A DNA stretch of 64,000 bases, from IMG/VR virus record IMGVR_UViG_3300020202_000002, positions 24,747 through 88,746 of that record. One strand, 5' to 3'. Every line of letters starts with the position of its first letter. The first letter of the stretch is position 1. Both the position numbers and the translations under genes were made by a program. This document shows positions 57,527 through 64,000 of the stretch, in pieces. This stretch comes from a virus. The notes beneath the pieces are model-generated. The model ran no database searches. It worked only from the letters and a program-made list of their open reading frames with translations, and was not told the origin of the DNA.

Positions 57527-58207
57527 GAAAACCAATGCCCCAGGACTGGCCCAGGTCGGCGGCTCCTGGGGCGGGTGATGCGGGAAGTGGGGCTTTGGAA
57601 GAAGCGGGCGACCCAGGGATGAAAAGGAGATCAGTATGAGCGAGCATACGATTCAGCAGTTGCGCAAGGAAGTGGGCATGTTGCAGCAGTCGTGCGACGA
57701 ACACATTCGCATCCGCAACGAAATGGGCGACCGCATCGCAGACCAGGAACGCGAACTACAGGCCCGCCGAGAAATCCTCGACACGATCATGGCTAGTTGC
57801 GGCGACACCGGGAAATCGTGGCTAGCATGCGCTGACTGGCGACAGCGAGCGCGCGATTTCGCGAACGACCGCGAGCAGCATCAATTCCGCAAGTCAGCAT
57901 GGACTCTGAATCGCGGCCACGGGATCACGTTGTACGCCAAGAACGGCTTCTTCGTGGCCTACTACGACGATGCGGCGGAAGTGTGGAAGCATGCCGACGA
58001 CGACAAGCCAATGTATCACGTCATGTCGGACAGCGACCGGCCACATCGGGCCGTTATCCATCCGTTGTTCCTCGTGCCGTGGCTGGAGCACTTCACCGAG
58101 ATATTCCTGCCTGTTGAGGTTTGTGGCTGGGGCGTTCTTGTCGATGAGTAACCGCCTGACGGCACTTTAGGCCGTCCGGGGGCGGCCCAAGGATGAGGTA
58201 GGAACCG

Positions 58208-58945
58208 ATGCGGCCACGATTACTGGATCTCTTTTGCGGCGCAGGCGGCGCGGCCATGGGCTACTACAGGGCCGGATTCGAGGTGGTCGGCGTCGATGTG
58301 AAGCCGCAGCCGCGCTACCCGTTCGAGTTCGTCCAACAAGAGGCGCTGTGGATCATGGATGTGTTGCTCGGCAAGGGAAGTCTGTGCCCGAGCGAGACGA
58401 GCCGTTACTGGCTCAAGGACTTCGCGGCCATTCACGCGAGCCCGCCGTGTCAGTCCTATACGACCCTCAAGGCGCTGCACAAGGATCGCAGTTATCCCGA
58501 CCTTGTGGCCCGCGTTCGTGAGACGCTGCAAGTGAGCGGCTTGCCGTGGATCATCGAAAACGTCGTCGGCGCTCCGTTGGTGAGGCCGACCCTTCTCTGT
58601 GGCTCTTACTTCAACCTCGGCGTTCGTCGTCATCGCCATTTCGAGACGAGCTACAGGCCGCGCACGGTGCCCTGGTGCCGTCATTCGCAGCAGCCGCATC
58701 CAATCGACGTAAGTGGGACCGGATCGTTTCAGCATTCGCCGCGACGGAAACCGACCGGCGGACTAGGCCGCAAGCCGCGAGATCTCGCAGAAGCAAGGGC
58801 AGCTATGGGCATCGACTGGATGGAGCGGAAGGAACTGGCGCAGGCGATCCCGCCCGCTTACACGGAATATTTGGGCAGGCAACTGCTCGCGGCTCTCGCC
58901 GAGGCCCCAACCGCCCCCGGAGGCCGCCAGGAAGCAAGGACATGA
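58208..58945 (+). CDS. C5-cytosine DNA methyltransferase (short phage type)
   Basis: LDLFCGAGG, HASPPCQ, IENV, R.R.FE, AIPPAYT. Confidence 0.85.
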   Translation: MRPRLLDLFCGAGGAAMGYYRAGFEVVGVDVKPQPRYPFEFVQQEALWIMDVLLGKGSLCPSETSRYWLKDFAAIHASPPCQSYTTLKALHKDRSYPDLVARVRETLQVSGLPWIIENVVGAPLVRPTLLCGSYFNLGVRRHRHFETSYRPRTVPWCRHSQQPHPIDVSGTGSFQHSPRRKPTGGLGRKPRDLAEARAAMGIDWMERKELAQAIPPAYTEYLGRQLLAALAEAPTAPGGRQEART

Positions 58946-59787
58946 GCGAGATAACCGCATTGGCTGGATGGTTGGGGAGTAACCGGATGCTGGCCAGTCA
59001 CGTAGGCGAGGCGCTGCAAGGCTGCTACTGGGTCGGTATCCCGTTCGCCGGCAGCATGTCCGAGGTGCCGCACATCAAGGCCAGCAGCATTCTCGTCAAT
59101 GACCTGCACCGGCACATCATCAACCTGGCCCGCGTCGCTCGCGATAACGATCTGCGGGCAAAACTCATTCGTCAGGCGCGGCGAAACTCTTTCCACCCAG
59201 ATGAGCTGGCTGCCGCACAGGTGTTTTGCAAGGCGAACCAACCAGCTACTACGCCGGACCTCGCAGCGGCCGAGAGGTATTTCGTCTGCTGCTGGATGGG
59301 ACGCGCCAGCAAAGCCGGCACCGACGACGAGTTCAACGGCCGCACGTCAACCAGGTGGAGCGCATCGGGCGGCAGCTCGGTCACCCGCTATTTCACGGCC
59401 CTGCGATCGCTGGCTCTGTTCGCGAAGTCGCTACGCCGCTGCGCCTTCGAGACGATGGACGCTTTCGACTTCCTCGACCGCTGCGAGGACTTGCCCAAGA
59501 ACGGCATTTACTGCGACCCGCCTTTTCCTGTCGCCGGACGCCGCTATCTGCACAACGCCGGCCAGACCGAGGCCGAGGAAACAGCGTGGCATACGCGCTT
59601 GCGGGATGCGCTCGCTCGCTTCGAGCACACGCGCATCGTGTGCCGGTTCTACGACCACCCGCTCATTCGCAAGCTGTACGGGGCAGGCTGGGAATGGCGA
59701 GCGCTCGAAGGCGGCAAGAAGCAAACGAACAGTGATGCGCCCGAGGTGTTGGTGATGCGCAACATGCCCCAGCGAGGTCTGTTCTGA
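58942..59787 (+). CDS. Dam-like (D12 class) adenine methyltransferase
   Basis: PFAGS, VNDL...INL, IYCDPPF, EVLV.N. Confidence 0.75.
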   Translation: MSEITALAGWLGSNRMLASHVGEALQGCYWVGIPFAGSMSEVPHIKASSILVNDLHRHIINLARVARDNDLRAKLIRQARRNSFHPDELAAAQVFCKANQPATTPDLAAAERYFVCCWMGRASKAGTDDEFNGRTSTRWSASGGSSVTRYFTALRSLALFAKSLRRCAFETMDAFDFLDRCEDLPKNGIYCDPPFPVAGRRYLHNAGQTEAEETAWHTRLRDALARFEHTRIVCRFYDHPLIRKLYGAGWEWRALEGGKKQTNSDAPEVLVMRNMPQRGLF

Positions 59788-61957
59788 TGACCCCGGAGGC
59801 CGCCCGTGACGGCCCAAGGAGAGAGTAAGAACCCATGAGCGACGAAATCCTCGAAATCCGCATGCAGTCGAACATGATTGACTGCTACATCTGCGGCGAA
59901 CCAGACGCATACAAGTGGGGCGTGCCGATTTTCAACGGCGACATTGTTAGCAACGACTTTCCCGATGAGTTGTGGAATGGAAACGGAGGCGGCGTTTCGG
60001 TCTGCCGCGCCTGCTATGAGAAGCACGAACGCGGCGAGATACCGACGTTCGACCGTTATTACCTGCACCTGGCCGGCAAGTTCATCGACGGAGCTGGAAT
60101 CTAAGGCCCCCCAGAGAACCCATGAGCGAGGTAGGACGATGAACGAACTGAAGCTTCGCAAGCGAATCGAACGGCGCACCCGTGTGCTGTGGTGGGGCCA
60201 ACCGCGATACATAACGCCACGTTTGGTCGCACGGACGTTCGGCGACGGCAAGCAGTGGATCGGTCTTGCACCGATCATGTATCGACCCAACCACTTCATC
60301 GTCCGAATCGACTCCGCATGGAGCTTGAGTAACTGGGACACGAGCGGAGCGGTGCTCCTCATCGATCACATTGACGAGATTTACGACGCCATCGAGGAAG
60401 AGTTTTACGAATGGCCATGGGCAAGATACTACGGCCTCAGCGGTGACGAGAAGAGAATCGGTTTCGCCGATGGCTCGGTGTGGTGGGGAATCGAACATCC
60501 CCGCCGCACGACCCCACAGAGCGAGGTAGGACGATGAGCGTAGGCTACAGAAGCGCATGGGACGATCCGAACGTCACAGCGGCATTGAAACAGCGAGACG
60601 CAGGCCACATCTGCCTGATCTGCTGTTATCGGTGCGGCAACTACGGCTACTACAACGAAGGCTCGCACTTCACTTGCTCGGTGGAAGGCTGCGGCTGGTC
60701 CTGCTCTGGCGATGAGTTGGACGGCATCATCGACGCTGGCGACGTGATCACGTTGGACGACTACACGGACGCGCAGGTCAACGGCGAGGACTATCCGTGA
60801 CCCCCAAGGCCGCCAAGCCCCGCCGCACGACCACAACCCGCCGCTGGCTGCGCTCGCCGGCGCCGTTGGCGATCCGCATTGGCCGCTGGTCCTGCAAGGA
60901 GACGGTCGATGTGTTCGAGGGGAAAGAAGGGGCGTGAACCGGGGGCTGGGACAGCGAGGGGGAAATAATGAAGTGGCAGCACCGAAAAGAATGCACGGAA
61001 ACCGAGTGTTTCTGCGCCGATCCAGAGCAGTCCGACCCGATATGCGATTGCGGCGCGCCGGGATGGGCTTGCCAGTGCGATCGGGACGAAGACCGCAGAG
61101 ACATAGACCGTGAGACGGCGCAGCGGCTCGGACTGGAGTGGGAAAAGCTGTGAACCATAACGCGGCTGGGGCCGCAGGAGCGTGAACCGTGAGTGACGTG
61201 AAGCACGAGTGGCGGCGCGAAGGTGCCACCATTTACCAGTTGCAAAACTGGACGACGGAGAAGGGCCGCGAGATCGTTATCAATAGGTGGCTCGCACATC
61301 TAATTCCTGGACGGGGCACGACGCCGAAAGAGGTCGAGAAGGTGGCCACGCTGATGCAGGCTGCCCAAGACATGCTCGCGGCTCTGAAACGTGGGCTCTC
61401 TGCGCTTGAGGTGGCTGTGGAAGCTGGAGGCGGCAACCCCGAGACGCACGAGTGCTGTTGTCAAATGAGGCAAGCCATCGCCAAGGCGGAAGGACGGCAA
61501 TCATGACACCGGAGCAACTGAAAGACCTGGCGGCGGCACCGTGGGAAGCAAAGACCGTCAACCTTGATGGCCATGTGGTAGACGGGGAGAGACTGTCGGG
61601 CATCCGTCACATGCTGCTGAGAAAGTGCTGCGATGAGCAAGGGCGACGAGTAACCGAAATGCTCGCTACGGTGCGAGATGCTGTTACCAACGAGTTTATC
61701 GCTCTGGCGAGAAATGCGTTTGACGTGATGCAACGGCGCGGGTGGAGCGTCAAGCTCATCAACGGCAGTTGGACTCCGTGCGAGTCGACGCCAGCGGAGT
61801 ATCAGTTTTGGCAGAAGCCGCAATTCTTGAAAAGCATCTGCTGTGATGTTCGCGGCTGGCCCGACCCATTCACTGCCCTTGTCGAAGCCGATCGCTGGTA
61901 TTCCGAGCACGTTGAGCCCAGCGAGAGCCACCGGGGCGACGAGACGAAAGCGAAGGA

Positions 61958-62341
61958 ATGAGCATGATCCGCGTCGACAAAGCGACAGCCGCGAAGATCG
62001 CCGCCCAGCTCGGAGAGGCGGTGCCGAAGCGAAAGCACAAATATGGAGCGCGCCGAACAACAATCGACGGCACCGTGTTCGCTTCGGCACGCGAGGCGAA
62101 CCGCTACGGCGAGCTGAAGCTGCTCGAAAAGGCGGGGCAGATCAGGTGCTTGCGGCGGCAGGTGGAGTACGAGCTTCACGCCTTCGGAGGAAAGGTGGTC
62201 GGCAAGTATGTGGCAGACGCCGTTTACCTCGAAGGTGGCAGAGAGATCGTGGAAGACACGAAAGGCGTAAGGACAGAAGTCTACCGCTGGAAGAAGAGGC
62301 ACATGCTGGCGGAATACGGAATCAGGATTCGAGAAACGTGA
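61958..62341 (+). CDS. DUF1064-family nuclease-like protein
   Basis: KYGARRTTIDG..FAS..EA.RY..L.LL...YVAD..Y......VEDTKG..T..YR.KK. Confidence 0.8.
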   Translation: MSMIRVDKATAAKIAAQLGEAVPKRKHKYGARRTTIDGTVFASAREANRYGELKLLEKAGQIRCLRRQVEYELHAFGGKVVGKYVADAVYLEGGREIVEDTKGVRTEVYRWKKRHMLAEYGIRIRET

Positions 62342-62360
62342 CCACCGAAAAGGATGAAAC

Positions 62361-63401
62361 ATGGGCGCTGAAACCAAGATCGAGTGGACTCACCACACTT
62401 TTAACCACGTTCGCGGCTGTACGAAGGTCAGCCCAGGTTGTGCGCATTGCTATGCCGAAACCATGTCAGGCCGCAACCCCGGCACTCTCGGTGTATGGGG
62501 GCCGCAAGGCAAGCGCGTCGTTGCTGCGGAATCGTATTGGCGTCTGCCGGTGAAGTGGAACAAAGCTGCGGCGAAGGCGGGTGAGCGGCATCGCGTGTTC
62601 TGCGCGTCTCTGGCGGATGTGTTTGAAGACTGGAACGGGTCGGTGCATGACGCGCAGGGCGACGTGAAGACGTGCCATGTCAGCGGCATACCGATCGACC
62701 TGGATGCCGTGCGCCGGCGTCTGTTCGACCTCATCGACGCCACGCCGAACCTTGACTGGCTGCTGCTGACGAAGCGGCCGGAGAACATCCGAGGCATGTG
62801 GCCGCAGAATGGAATGGGAGAACACGTCAGAACCCATCCGAGCGGCTTCGTCGTGCGGAACAACGTCTGGCTCGGCGTGAGCGTCGAGGATCAGCAGCGG
62901 GCCGAAGAACGCATTGAGCACCTGCTGAAGACGCCGGCAGTGGTGCGGTTCTTGTCGATCGAGCCGCTATTGGGGCCGGTGGACCTGTCTGAGTGGATGT
63001 ACACACTTCGCGTAGAGCACAACGGCGACGGCGACACCCAAGAGGTTCCGTGCAGACCGGACATCCATTGGGTAATCGTTGGCGGTGAGAGTGGCCACGG
63101 CTGCCGTCCGTGTCGTCCAGGATGGATACGCTCACTCGTCAAGCAATGCCAAGCCGCGAATGTTCCGGTGTTTGTCAAGCAGCTCGGCGGCAACGTCGTC
63201 ACGCGGAACGACATGGTTTCCGAATGGCTGGACGAGTGCCACGCCGAGATGGACGTTGAGCACGACATTCACGGATTCCGCGAGGACTACCAAGGGGCGG
63301 ATTGCCGGGTGCGGCTGAGAGACAAGAAGGGCGGCGACATGGCGGAATTCCCGCCGGACCTCAGAATCAGGGAGTATCCAGAAGCGAGGAGTACCCGATG
63401 A
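62361..63401 (+). CDS. Phage Gp37/Gp68 (DUF5131) family protein
   Basis: TKIEWT..TFN...GCTKVSPGC.HCYAE, VFCASLADVF, LLTKRP, FLSIEPLLG, WVIVGGESG, FVKQLG. Confidence 0.9.
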   Translation: MGAETKIEWTHHTFNHVRGCTKVSPGCAHCYAETMSGRNPGTLGVWGPQGKRVVAAESYWRLPVKWNKAAAKAGERHRVFCASLADVFEDWNGSVHDAQGDVKTCHVSGIPIDLDAVRRRLFDLIDATPNLDWLLLTKRPENIRGMWPQNGMGEHVRTHPSGFVVRNNVWLGVSVEDQQRAEERIEHLLKTPAVVRFLSIEPLLGPVDLSEWMYTLRVEHNGDGDTQEVPCRPDIHWVIVGGESGHGCRPCRPGWIRSLVKQCQAANVPVFVKQLGGNVVTRNDMVSEWLDECHAEMDVEHDIHGFREDYQGADCRVRLRDKKGGDMAEFPPDLRIREYPEARSTR

Positions 63402-64000
63402 CACCGACACAACCAGAGTACAAGGATGTCGAACGGCTACTGAAAGAACTGGACGACCCCAACTCGGAGGCGTCAAAGCTGTTCGAGAAGCTTCGGGAGA
63501 AGTGGGACAAAGAGACGAAGCCGTTGCGAGACGCCATTGCGCAATCGGAGGGCAGAATGGTGGACGGTGCCGCACGGACGCCAAGCCCGGAGGAGAGGAT
63601 CGCCGCAGCCTACGAGGACATGAAGCAGGCTTTTCTCCATCGCAAGGCTGGTGATTCACCATTCTCGACGGCCAAGTTTTTCATCCAAGCTGTCCGTGCC
63701 GCCGAGGCTGACGCACGCCAGCAAGAGGCGAGACAGTGGGCCGCACTGATTGAATCGTTCAGGGGCAAGGGGCGAACCGGATCATGCTGCTTCAGTCATT
63801 GGCAAGATCACCTCTCACGGCAATGGGTTTTCTCACGCGATTGTGGAGAAGTGGCGAACGAAGCCCCAAGGAGACTGACGATGACACCGACACAACCAGA
63901 ACGGAAGCCGAGCCCGGAGGAGAACCGACGCGTCTCTGAAATATGCGTAGCCCTCTTCGGCCATCGCTACATGGACGATGAAGAATGGGGCAATGAGAAG

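Larger units (their letters stand above)
1..64000. mobile_element. Temperate tailed bacteriophage (siphovirus-like), partial genome, non-integrated (attP) configuration
   Basis: Tail tube, chaperones, tape measure, integrase next to a tRNA-fragment att core, DnaB, DUF1376-type initiator, methylases and HNH genes; no host housekeeping genes; phage genes on both sides of the att core. Confidence 0.95.

Overview
The window is most of a temperate tailed phage (siphovirus-like) in non-integrated form; a LexA-like domain and a CsrA paralogue point to a Planctomycetota host (inference). Order: head-tail joining, tail tube, tail chaperones with a -1 frameshift, tape measure and a modular Thr/Gly-rich tail-tip cluster (1-12.1 kb); a ~23 kb glycan synthesis and modification cluster (12.1-35.2 kb); an intact attP (3' half of tRNA-Arg(UCU)) beside a tyrosine integrase (38.6-40.0 kb); ribbon-helix-helix switch regions; then early, recombination, replication and DNA-methylase genes. 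The standout is at 45.18-47.24 kb: a predicted tracrRNA, five 36-37 bp CRISPR repeats, a 461 aa Cas12f-like protein lacking all three RuvC catalytic positions and the C-terminal zinc ribbon, then three more repeats. There is no cas1/cas2, and csrA-, lexA- and HTH-type regulators follow. This looks like a phage-encoded, multiplexed, nuclease-dead RNA-guided regulator. Also notable is a tRNA-shaped RNA whose anticodon loop is replaced by a 78-nt structured domain (51118-51268). All family assignments come from motif recognition by eye; no database search was run.
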